From: Antechinus flavipes
Taxonomy: Eukaryota
DNA length: 64,000 nt
Direction of reading: 5' to 3'
Assembly: GCF_016432865.1 (NCBI RefSeq)
Contig: NC_067399.1
Location: forward strand, 78,926,001-78,990,000
Shown here: in pieces, positions 49,916-61,085 of the stretch
Numbering within the stretch: position 1 is the first letter of the stretch
Layout of the letters: every line of letters begins with the position of its first letter
Made by a program: the position numbers and the translations under genes
Notes under the pieces: model-generated
What the model saw: only the letters and a program-made list of their open reading frames with translations
Database searches by the model: none
What the model was told of the DNA's origin: nothing

Positions 49916-51334
49916 TTAAAAACTAGTATTATCCCTTTATTCTAGACATTTCATCTAAATTCTTTTAGCCCTTAATATTTATTAATTTTACTTTTAGGTT
50001 GTTGTTTATTCAATCTTAAAATATCTCAACTGATTTTTTTCTCTGCAATTTTCCTTATGGTGAATTATTTCATTTTCCAACTTGTATTTTTATTTTATTT
50101 TAGGATATTCTTTTATTTTTATTTTGACATAAAAAGAATCTGACCTTAGACACAACCTCTCACTGAACCATTTTGCTGATAATTTACCAGTGATTATAAA
50201 CCAAATGAGCAAAAAATATTCCATGTCTTTCTCTATAATCCTGAAAATCTATAGAAAATAGCTAACAAAAAAAAATCTTCCAAAAGGAAATATTTTCATT
50301 GATTGTTACTAGTCTTTAATTTAGTTGTTAGTTCCAAATAAAGAGAGCTTGGAAGATAGGTTGATACTTTAATAAATCAAATGCTATTTTGTACAATTAA
50401 CATGTAACCAGCATTGTGCTGTAAGGTAACTTAAGATTTGGAGACTGGCAATGTGGAGAGACAAAAGAGATGAGATTTCCCACAGTCATGGCTGAGATAT
50501 ACTCAAAAAGAGTTATCACAAAATATGAGGTGAGTAGCAAGCAATCAGGAATAGATTTTTGGATTGTATAAGATGGGAAGTGTTGGATGATCATTGGAAG
50601 AACAGTCAGTATTATTCTTGTTATGTCAATATAGTACTTTCTTTTCTCATTTCATAGTAAAGGAAGGTTCTTATGTGGAGGAAAGAAGGAAGTAAACAAG
50701 TATTAAGTTCTATGTGCCAGGCTCTAGGCTATTAATGCCACTCTATACACAAAAAGTCAGAATAATGCACTAAGAGCAGGGATAGCCACAAGTTCAACTT
50801 TTATGAAGATCTATTGGATTCACATCAAGAACTATGCAATTATCAACAGCCCCTTCCCTAACCCCAGACAAGCTTAAGTGGCACCAATCATCAGTAGTAG
50901 GAGAAAAAAGTTACAGAGCTCATTTACTAGAGATGGTGAAAGCAAAATCATCTCTGGAAAGCAAGACATTTAGTGCTAACAGTTCCAAGGATCAAGAGAT
51001 TTGAAGAATGTCGGATTTAATGATTAAATGTGTCCAAAAATATAATGGCCTATCTCCAGAGGTAGTGAGTTACTCATCACTAGAGGCCTTTAAACAGAGG
51101 TTGGCTAGATCTTGAAGTAAAGATGATTTCCAATTCAGAAAGATTTTGGACTAGATACACTTTCCTTTTTTCCCCTTTCCTTTCCTCTTCCTTTATTTAT
51201 TTTCCTTTCCCTTTCTTTGTTCCTCTTGTGATTCGTTTCCTTCTTCCTTTCCTTCATCATACTCTTACTTAGAAATGCCCTGTCCAAAGAAATGTACATT
51301 TTGATTACTGAAACCTCACCTAGGACTGTGCCTT

Positions 51335-52490
51335 AAACCCAAATCATTCTGTCTCTCATTAATTGACCAATAATCAGTCTTAGGATAACCAAGTTTGATC
51401 AGAGTGAATGTCAATAACAATTATTTCTGTTTTGGCCAACACCCCTAAGGGTCTTCCCTTCCCAGATTGATTTTTTGTGAATTGGGTAAAAGAAACCATT
51501 CTCTGCCTCATTTTTTTTTCAGCATAAGGTATTTTATTTTATTTTTTTTTAATTTTCAAAATATATGCATAAATAATTTACAACATTCACTCTATGTAAA
51601 ACCTTGTGTTCCAAATTTTTACTCTCACTCCCCGCTATTCTCTCTCTTCACAGCAAGTAATCCAATAGATGTTAAGCATGTACAATTCTTCTATACATAT
51701 TTCCACAATTATCGTGCTGCACAAGAAAAATCAGATCAAAAAGGGGAAAAAAATGAGAAGAAACAAAATGCAAGCAAACAACTACAAAAAAGTGAAAATA
51801 TTATATTGTGATTTACATTCAGTCCCTATAGTCCTCTCTGGATGCCGATGGCCCTTTCCATCACAAGTGTATTGGAATTGACCTGAATCACCTCACTATT
51901 GAAAAGAGCCAAATCCATCACAGATGATCATCACATAATTTTGATACTATGTACAACATTACTCAGCATCAGTTCATGTAAGTCTCTCCAGACCTCTCTG
52001 AAATCATCATGTTGGTCATTTCTTACAGAACAATAATATTCCATAACATTTATATGTCAAAACTTATTTAGCCTTTTCCCAACTGATGGGCATCCACTCA
52101 ATTTTCAGTTCCTTGCCACTACAAAAAGGGCTGCCACAAACATTTTTGCATATGTGGAACCTTTCCCTTTTTTCTGTGATTTCTTTGGGATATAGTCTGC
52201 CTTATTTTTTACCTAACTCTAATTACTGATTGTGCATTAGCTCAATTATACTGAGACCGAGACCTATAAAGACTTTTGCTTAAAAAAGTCAAGGAATTCC
52301 ACAGCATCCAGAGCCATCTCCCATTGTCATGATCTATTTTTTGCTACTGGATGCATATGGCTCCAGAAGAGAAAGTGAGACTGGTGCCTTTGCATTGCCC
52401 TCCCTCACTTAAGTCCAATTAATTTGCATGTCATCATCTCCCTGATGTCAGGGTCCTTGTTGACAGCAAAGAACAAGCAACAACAACAAC
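51335..52490 (-). mobile_element. WALLSI-type SINE split by an L1 (pieces 51335-51516 and 52197-52490)
   Basis: 3' tail piece on the left and body on the right join seamlessly across the L1 TSD. Confidence 0.8.
51517..52196 (-). mobile_element. 5'-truncated L1 with TSD
   Basis: Reverse complement of the 31623-type L1; TSD CTGCCTCATTTTTT (51503-51516) / CTGCCTTATTTTTT (52197-52210), 13/14, followed by A (TTTT/A endonuclease site). Confidence 0.92.
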
Positions 52491-52764
52491 CTAGCCTCAA
52501 TCACTGAATGGGTATGGATTCATTCAAACTGAGATCCTTAAAAAACCTTATTATAAAAGGGCCAAGGTCTCCCAATTGCATCTAGGTCCATCTCCAGTTA
52601 TCCTGATCTATCTTGCTACTGGACCCAGATGACTCTGGAGGGGAATTTCAGGCTGGTGACTTTGTACAGCTCTCCCTGGATTAAATCCAATTCACTTGTA
52701 AATCATAGAATCACCATCCTGATGCCATGATCCTCTTCAAGAATGAAGGGCAAACAATAACAAC
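52491..52764 (-). mobile_element. Second WALLSI-type SINE, head-to-tail with the first
   Basis: Repeats the 52211-52490 sequence (GCCATCTCC / GTCCATCTCC, CTTGCTACTGGA, CAAACAATAACAAC). Confidence 0.8.
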
Positions 52765-53326
52765 TGTGGTTAGCCCCTCTCTGCTTTCTAAGTTCATGTC
52801 AAGAGTTAAGAAATCTCATCTGAAAATCTGAACTTAGATTAGAAACTTGACAGTTATTCTCAGAAGAAAAGGAGCATTTGGGGCATTAACTGAGCAGAGG
52901 ACAAGACCCAAAAAAGCTAAAGGCATATCCAAATCTGATATTGCAGACCAAGACAATAGACCTGAGGATCAATAGAAAGCATTTAAAGGAGACCTGACTA
53001 GGTAGAGAGCCTGGTGGATGCTTGTATCTGTAAAAGGAAAGTAAAATGGATCAATATTTGACTAAAACTGATATTAAATGGCTGACATTTACTACCTGTT
53101 GTCAACATTCTCCTGTCTTGTCTTTTGGGCTAAAGAATGCTTACCTGGATGCTTGTATTTCCTTGTTCCTTTTCTACCCACCTTCTAAGCCCTGTTAAAG
53201 GAATCCAGGGTATACCATCAAGAATTTCATAGGATGTCATAACATATTATGGTTGGAAGGGATTTTAGAAGAGAGAGCAGAAAAAGTCATAGATAAATAG
53301 TATTTTAGAATACAGAAAATAAAAAG

Positions 53327-53460
53327 TTAGAACATAAAATGTCAGAATTGGAAAGGTCCTTAGAACATGGATTATCAGAGCTGGAATAGACCAATACATA
53401 GAATATCAGATTGAAATTCCCTTAAACATAGAATAGAGCATCTCAAAGTTGCAGGGACTG
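53327..53460. repeat. Degenerate 33-bp minisatellite (~4 units)
   Basis: Units TTAGAACATAAAATGTCAGAATTGGAAAGGTCC (53327-53359) and TTAGAACATGGATTATCAGAGCTGGAATAGACC (53360-53392), plus two decayed units. Confidence 0.6.
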
Positions 53461-53585
53461 TAGGATAGCATGGACTATTGGGAACAAGGCTTAATTTGAT
53501 ATCAGAAAGCTTGGGTTGAATTCTGTGACTTTTAGCAAATTTCTCAATGGAAGACCAAATAAAAGTACAACATCAAGTGCTAGAG

Positions 53586-53586
<1 letters not shown>

Positions 53587-53630
<44 letters not shown>
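53587..53630. repeat. (CA)22 microsatellite
   Basis: Perfect tract. Confidence 0.97.
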
Positions 53631-53634
<4 letters not shown>

Positions 53635-54030
53635 TAAAGAAACAGGATCTGTTTTCAAAGAATTTACATTCTAATAAGGAGATATAGCAAAGAGAAAGGC
53701 ATGGTGGTTAGGAAAAGATGTTTTGGTTCGGTAAGTCACAGGGATAATGAGTGGAGCTTTAGAAAAGTTGATTGATATGCTCTTTCCTCAAGCAATGGAG
53801 TATTAATTGGTTACTACTTCCAGAGCAAGAAGTGAAAAATTAGGAGGGGGTCTAGGGCACACTCACATGGAGGAAAGGCAGGGAGTTAAACTAGGATTAA
53901 GCATGGTTGAAGATCTGGGTGTAGTAGAAAGAGTGAGCTCTCATCAACTGGGACAGCATAGTTCTAGACCTGGAGTTCCAAAGCTGAATGGCTTAGTAAC
54001 TTAAGGCATGGTCTTTAGAAATTCCATTCA

Positions 54031-54606
54031 GGATACCCATCAATTGGAGAATGGTTGAGTAAATTGTGGCATATGAACATTATGAATATTATTGTTCTGT
54101 AAAGAATGACTAGCAGGATGAATACAGAGAGGACTGGCGAGACTTACATGAACTGATGCTAAGTGAAATGAGCAGAACCAGGAGATCATTATACATTTCG
54201 ACAACGATATTGTATGAGGATGTATTCTGATGGAAGTGGATTTCTTTGACAAAGAGACCTAACTGAGTTTCAATGGATAAATGATGGACAGAAGCAGCTA
54301 CAGCCAAAGAAAGAACACTGGGAAATGAATATAAACTGCTTGCATGTTTGTTTTTCTTCCTGGGTTATTTATACCTTCTGAATCCAATTCTCCCTGTGCA
54401 ACAAGAGAACTGTTGGGTTCTGCACACATCTATTGTATCTAGGATATACTGTAACCTATCCAACATGTAAAGGACTGCTTGCCATCTAGAGGAGGGGGTA
54501 GAGGGAGGGAGGGGAAAAATTGGAACAGAACTGAGTGCAAGGGATAATGCTGTAAAAAATTACCCTGGCATGGGTTCTATCAATAAAAAGATATTAAAAA
54601 AAAATA
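54031..54606 (+). mobile_element. Young 5'-truncated L1 of a different (dasyurid-type) subfamily
   Basis: L1 ORF2 end + 3' UTR + AATAAA + A-tail; perfect 12-bp TSD AAATTCCATTCA (54019-54030 / 54607-54618). Confidence 0.93.
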
Positions 54607-54779
54607 AATTCCATTCAAAGGATCCAGCAGCAGGACAGCAAGCTTGGAAGATCAGGGTGAGGGTCTAGCTCCTAAAGCTGACTTGATATAGACAAAACCT
54701 CTCTGGCCTCAATTTCCTTATTTGTAAAACGAAGGGGCTTATACTAATGATCTTTCATTATTTGTAATTCTAAAATCCT

Positions 54780-55450
54780 ATGTGAAAGATAAGAATTCTG
54801 TAATAAAACTTAGATTGCTAGCCTCAGTGATTGGAAGGATGGTGATACCCTATACAGTTATTAAGATGATAAAAAAATATGAAGGGAAAGATTGAATTCA
54901 GTTTTGGATCTCTTGAGTTTGATTTACTTACTGGACAAGTGATAGAAAATACTGAAGAGGCAGCTAGTTATGTGAGACAAGCTCAGAAGAGAGGTTAGAG
55001 CTACATTTATAAATATGGGAATCATCTGCAGAAAGATTATAGCTGAATCTATGGGAAATTATGAGACAACCAAGGAATAAAGCATGGATTAAAAAAAAGA
55101 GGGCTCAGGCTGAAGCCCTGGGGAAGACCCCATGGTTAAGGGTCTTTATATAAGTGAGATACTTAAAAGATTAAATCAATGCGATTTACAAAAAGGAATC
55201 AGACAGGTAGGAGGAGATCCAAGAGAGTAATGTCACCAAAACCTAAAGAAGAAAGTATATGCAAAAGATAATGATCAACAATGTCAAAGGCTGCAGTAAG
55301 ACTTAAGAACAGACCATTAGACACAGCAATTGAGAGATCACTGGCAAACAGTTTCAGTCTCATGATGAAGTCAGAAAGCAGATTGCAGAAGGTTTAGAAT
55401 TGAGGGAGAGGAGGGGAAGTTGACACTTAGTATAGACAGTATTCTAAGAG
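54780..55450 (-). mobile_element. L2 ORF2 fragment
   Basis: GCCTCAGTGATTGGAAGGATGGTGATACCC...AGATCACTGGCAAACAGTTTCAGT, L2-like. Confidence 0.7.
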
Positions 55451-56919
55451 AATTCTAGTAAAACCAGAACTAATGCCATTTATTCTGCATCATTGCTGTA
55501 CACAGGTCAACACACAACTCCCCCAAGTATCCATTCAGTCAAATAACAGCTGATTTTAAGACCATTGGTTATGAGAATAACTGACTGAATACAGCAGCTT
55601 GTGCTTAGAGTTACTAATTTTTGGAATTCAACATTTTTTCTTCCCCGGATCTGTATCTCAATGTGGACACATGTGGAAGAGTGTTGTGTGATTTGTCTGA
55701 AGTGATGTTTCTTCAAATCCAATGACATTAACTGAATGATTAAAAGAAGATGGAAGTTGAAAACCGAATGCTCATTAGTCTTCAAATAGAACATAATGTC
55801 CATTTGTTAGAGGGCTGTAAGTCAACATTTTCACATCCCTGGATTTTTGAACCACAGATGGAACTTCCTGGGAAAGAAAAAAAAAAGAATGAGATGCTGA
55901 GGAAATAAGAAAGAAGAAAATAGGAGAGAAAGTAAGCATAGAGTTCTATATGGGAATTGTATTTGATAAAAGAGAGACTCATAAGCAAGAAAACTCAAAG
56001 GAATCTCAAATCATCTAGTTGTACCAGTACCTGAAGAGAAATACTATCTAAAATCGTCCTGATATGGGGAAACAGGACTGAAAGGGACCTCAGAAATTTA
56101 ATCCACTTGCATGATTTTAAAGAGGATAGAAACTGAGGCCCAGAGAATGCAAGTGATTTGTCCAAATTCTCACAAGTTATGAGAGCTAGGATATGAGTCC
56201 AGATTCTTTAACTTGAAATCCAGTTCTTTTGTTCTCTTTTCACTGCACCATCTTGTCTCTTTAGTGGTGGAAAAGTCATTACTTCCAAAGATAGTCCATG
56301 GAACTTTAGGACAAGTTGGTAAGACATTTTCTCTTATACTGAGTCAAAATTTGTTACACCTTCCAGTTACTGATACAAGTTCTTCTCTCTGTTATGAAAC
56401 AAAGCAAGTTCAATCCATCTTCTATATAATTTCCTTTGAGATAATGGAAGACTACCATCATGACCCCTAAGTGTTCCATTATCCCATTTCACAGAATTAG
56501 TGAGCTATTCATCCTAACTCATACATGAAATACACTCCTTTGTATGACACTCCTGAAAAGTGACCATTTAGCTTCTTCTTGGAGACCTCCAGAGATGGGA
56601 CCTCATAAAGTCAAGAAAGTCTGGTCTACTCTGACAGATTAGCCCTCCAAATATTTTCTTTCTGACTGAGTCTAAGATACATCTCAGCAAAGGTGAAAGG
56701 AGTCAAAATAATCCTGGAGAAAGTAGGTTCAATGATGAGAGAAAGTGCTCTCTCCATTCCAGGATACCCTTCTGGGTTTCCTAAGTGATGTAGTAATAAG
56801 ATAGCTAGGTAGTTCAGTAGGTATGATCTAAGCCTTCCTCCATAAAGATCTGAGTTCAAATACTGATAATGATTCCTACCTTCTAGAATTGTTTTGAGAA
56901 TGAAATTAAATTGCCACAA

Positions 56920-57700
56920 AAGGCTTAAAGAGAGATGAGAAGGTTTGGAGAATGGGATATTGAATCTGACAGAAAGGACTGAAATGATTGCTTTACCATA
57001 CTGGAGGCTTCACTGAAATTAGATTTTTTTTAATGTGTAGTTAACCCATTCAGCATGATTTTGTGATTTTCTTCAGCTCTGTTTAGCAGTATGTGAATAG
57101 GAGTGAGAAAGACAGATGGTGAAAGCAATCCAGGGTTAGCAAGGTGTGATTAGTGATGAGAAAGGGGGGCAGGTAATAGAACAGTGTAGTACTGAACTTG
57201 GTTTCAACAAGGATTCAACATGGGGAAGATAGGAGAGAACAATCAGTGTAGGTGTGATGACCCAAGAAAGAACTGAGAGATGTAGCATTTGAAGCTCACC
57301 AGGAGGAAGAAGAATGGATCTGGAGTTATGACAGAAGGAAAGCTGCACTGATAAAATATGTTGTTCAGATAAAGAAATTCCAGTTCATGAATATGGAAGT
57401 AGAATACTTGTAGGTGATGACAGATCAGGTATGTGGCCATTTCTGTGTGTAGCTGACATGGAGTATAGAGTAGATTAAAGGAACATTGAGGAATGGGAAA
57501 CTTAGGGTATTTGAGGGAACATCCATATATTGAAAATGATGGCAGAGCCAATATAGTAAGGTGACAGGAAATAATATAATGAGTGCCTGTCCACAAACTC
57601 CTCCAAATAGTTCTAGTTGTATTAGACTGAATCCTGATGGGAAGTTTTAGCAAAAGTTGCAGTGAGTCCTTTGTGAAGGCTATGGCTTATGGAGATTAAA
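56920..57700 (-). mobile_element. L2 ORF2 5' (endonuclease) fragment
   Basis: 57421-57456 (-) translates SATHRNGHIPDL, similar to the L2 endonuclease motif SATHxDGHTLDL, followed by ISLSEQHILS (SDH-motif equivalent). Confidence 0.75.
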
Positions 57701-58629
57701 GGGTAGGCTGAAGATATAGAGGAGGAGGTTGAGCAGGAGCAAGCCCCCAGAGGCACTTCAATGTGCAAGAGAAGGTTTCAGATTCAGACCAAGCTACCTT
57801 GAGACCCATAAGGCACTGTAATGGGAATGGATATAAACTGGCAGTTTTATTGCCTACTTCTCAGTTTCTGATCATAGATTTGGGGCAGAGTAAGAGGATT
57901 GTGCTGCACAGCAGTAGCACCCGTGGCAGGGAAGTGTTGGGCAAAATAGTGAGAAAGAGGAAATTCAGAAGCCAAGAGCAGCAACAATGGTGTGGCTTAG
58001 ACCAGAGACTCAGAGTGTGGTCTAATTTCCAGCTTCCAATGCAATTTGTAGAGGAATAAGCAAAAACAGGAATACCAGCTCAAAGAGGAGACTGTGATTC
58101 TGCTGCTCTGAACCAATAGAGCTGGTTGATAAGGACAGAACCTAGCAGCGGTCCCCACATACTCAAATTCAGACAGAAACTCCCAGAGCTCAGTAGAAAG
58201 GCTGAGGGTGGGGGATAGCTATTAGAGTTTCCCTGGATCAGACCACTTTGATAGCATTGAAAACTTGAAGGTCCCCAATCTGTGCCTTTGACTCTGGAAT
58301 AACACAACATTCAATGACCCTAAAAAAGTAGTAGCATGACCAGCTTGGACTTCCCCTCCAGAAATGTGACAGATCCCAGTCCTAACATTGAATCTCAAGT
58401 CAGAAGTAAGTGAGAAGAATGGCTAAAATAAAAAGAAAAACAAAAATCCAACCATCATAATGAATTGTTATGGTGGCTAGGGCATTCAAGACATGAACAT
58501 GGAAAAAAGAATGATTCTAAAACAATTACCAGAAATATTTACTAGGAGGAAAAAATATTTGGGTATAGCCTCAACTAAAATTACTGGCAGAGATGAAGCT
58601 AGAGTTTTTGTTTGTTTGTTTGTTTTAAA

Positions 58630-58760
58630 AGGTAGCACAGTGTGTAGAGTACCAGCCCTGAAGTCAGGAGGACGTGAGTTCAAATCTGATCTCAGATACT
58701 TAACTCTTCCAAGTTGTATGACCCTGGGAGAGTCACCTTACCCCAACTGCCTCAGGGAGG
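58630..58760 (+). mobile_element. WSINE1
   Basis: GTAGCACAGTGTGTAGAGTACCAGCCCTGAAGTCAGGAGGAC...CCCCAACTGCCTCAG. Confidence 0.85.
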
Positions 58761-59520
58761 GAAAGAATTTTAAATGTTTTTTATAAATGGAATGAGAGTT
58801 CTTGAGAGGAATAGGTGTAAGTGAAAGGACATTTGGAGATTGTGGTGGATATTGAAGAATGTCTGCTCAAGATAACAGTGGTAGAAAAGAAATTTGTTGA
58901 GGGCAGAAAGATTGAGGCTAGACAGTCTTTCTTCCAGACTGGAGAAGGCTCTAAGGCCAGGATGGAAGTCGGAAGTAGCTAGGTTTCATCTATATCAGAC
59001 ATTAGCTATATAATCTTGGGTAAATTACCAAATGTATCTGGGTTTAAATTCCCTCATTCTGTAAAATGAGACAAGTAGAGTCTATGACCCCTAAGGTCTA
59101 TTTCAACTCTAAATCTTATATTTCAGTTGGATGATCCCTTCTCAGTATTTCTTCACCTCTAGGAGAAATCAGAAGTGCCTAATATATTACAATTCAGGAA
59201 ATCTTTCAAGTCTTCTTACCCACTATCCAAGACAGATCACATTAATTTTCTTTTCTTTCCAAAACCCTTTTTCCTACTCTCTTGACTTTCCTTCCTATAG
59301 CTTTCTCTGTTCCTTAGTCTATGCATCTGTCCATTTGTTCAATGATGTCTGTATCCATCTTTTCATTGATTCTCAGAGTAAGGTTATGAATCTTTAAATC
59401 TTTCTTTCTCTTCTCAAGTGTGTCTTCTCTGGGTAATGTGTGTGTGTGAGTACATGCATGTATGTGTGCTTATGTATTCAACTCTCCTCCAAGGCTAAAT
59501 GCTTCACCTCTTAGACATTG

Positions 59521-59554
<34 letters not shown>

Positions 59555-59784
59555 AACCTCTTGACACCATTTGTGTGTGGTCTGTGATGTAACTTGGTGG
59601 GATATTTCCAGTTGTTCAGGCTAAATATAAATTTGGCAGGTCAAATCATCTTCTCAAACCAGTTTAAAGACTGGTCCAACTATGAAGCTTGAGTTTTTAA
59701 TAGCCAAAGATTTCTTCCCTCATAATTTTTCTTCCCCTTCTCCCCAAGTCCTCTAGCATCAGGTTTATTTGTTTCTGCTTCATT

Positions 59785-59984
59785 GTTAGGTTCTTTTAAA
59801 AATTTAATAGTATTTTATTTTTCCAAATACATGCAAAGATAGTTTTCAACATTCGTTATTGCAAAATCTTATGTTCCAAAATTTTCTCTTACTCTCTCCA
59901 TTTCCCTACCCCTCAAGACAGCAAGCAAGATCTAGCTTAAACATGTGCAATTCTCCTAAACATATTTCCACATTTGTCATGCTA
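59785..59984 (-). mobile_element. Short L1 3' end with TSD
   Basis: Reversed L1 tail; TSD CTGCTTCATT (59775-59784 / 59985-59994). Confidence 0.8.
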
Positions 59985-60409
59985 CTGCTTCATTTTTTAA
60001 TCTATTATCTTGAATCCTACGTTTTCCAAAATGACCAAAGGTGCTATGATAGATCATAATACCACAATACAGATTCCTCTAGATATTTATAATTTGCAAA
60101 GTATTTTTAAGAACAGTCCTATGAAGTTAAGTAGTAAAAACACTATTAGCCCATTTTTTCAGATGAGGAAATTGAAGTTCATAGAGGTAAATGGCCTATA
60201 GTCATACAACGAGAGATACGACTTGAATACATCTCTGCTAACAACAATCCAGGACTTTTCCACTACACCTTATTTTTCTGAGCATCTAACCTTGTCAACA
60301 CATGTAAATCTAAGAAGTTAAGTCTATATGACTTCATTTGCCAGGGCCTATTTATCTGGTCTACTTCTCTGGGAAACCCCATCAGGGAATATAATCAAGA
60401 TATTGATAG

Positions 60410-60640
60410 TAATAGCCAGTATTAATGTAGTACCTTAAGCTTTACAAATGGCTTTACAAATATTATCTTATTTGATCCTCACAGTAACCATGGAAGGTAG
60501 GTGCTGCTATTATCCCCCTTTTACATCTGTAAATCTGAAGTAGAAAGAAATGAAGTGCCTTGCTTAGGGTCACATAGTCAATAAATGTGTGAAATGGAAT
60601 TAAATTCAGGTCTTCTTGACTCCAATCCCAGGGCTCTTTC
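60410..60640 (-). mobile_element. MIR
   Basis: TTATTTGATCCTCACAGTAACC...GGTAGGTGCTGCTATTATCCCCCTTTTACA...AGGGTCACATAGT. Confidence 0.75.
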
Positions 60641-60859
60641 TCCTGTAACATCTTATCCCTAAGAACATAGATCTGGAACTGGAAGAGAAAGCAGAGATCA
60701 AATTCTATCCACATATTTTATACATGAGAAAAGTAAGACCAAGGAAGGTTAAGATACTTATTCAAGATTATATAAGTACTCATTGTTAAAGAAAAAATTT
60801 GAATACAGATTCTAGGTTGTCTTCTGCTTGGTCTCAGAGGATAAAACAAGGAAATTCAG

Positions 60860-61085
60860 AGATGTGCTAGAATCAACTCATAAAACTCAAGAGAGTTTTG
60901 TTAATTTTCAAGGTATCTATATATTGAAATTGGAAAATGCTAAAAATCCGAACTCAGTTTATTATTTTATTAATTGTCTTGCCCTGTGAAAACAATGGAG
61001 AAAATTATCATAATGCAGATTGAACATAAAGAGTATGTCAAGGGGAGAGTCAGTAATTAAACATTTGCCAGCATTCCCTTGAAAC
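60860..61085. mobile_element. MER63-like hAT-Blackjack element
   Basis: GATGTGCTAGAATCAACTC...TTAAACATTTGCCAGCATTCCCTTG termini. Confidence 0.6.

Noticed and set aside
53327-53460. CRISPR-like repeat-spacer reading of the periodic sequence
   Set aside because: The units are contiguous and degenerate with no unique spacers, and the context is mammalian with no cas genes.
57763-58059. 98-aa ORF; another frame here has faint RPL7A-like words (RPET, PIELV)
   Set aside because: Spacing and intervening residues do not fit RPL7A and there are many stops; judged coincidence.
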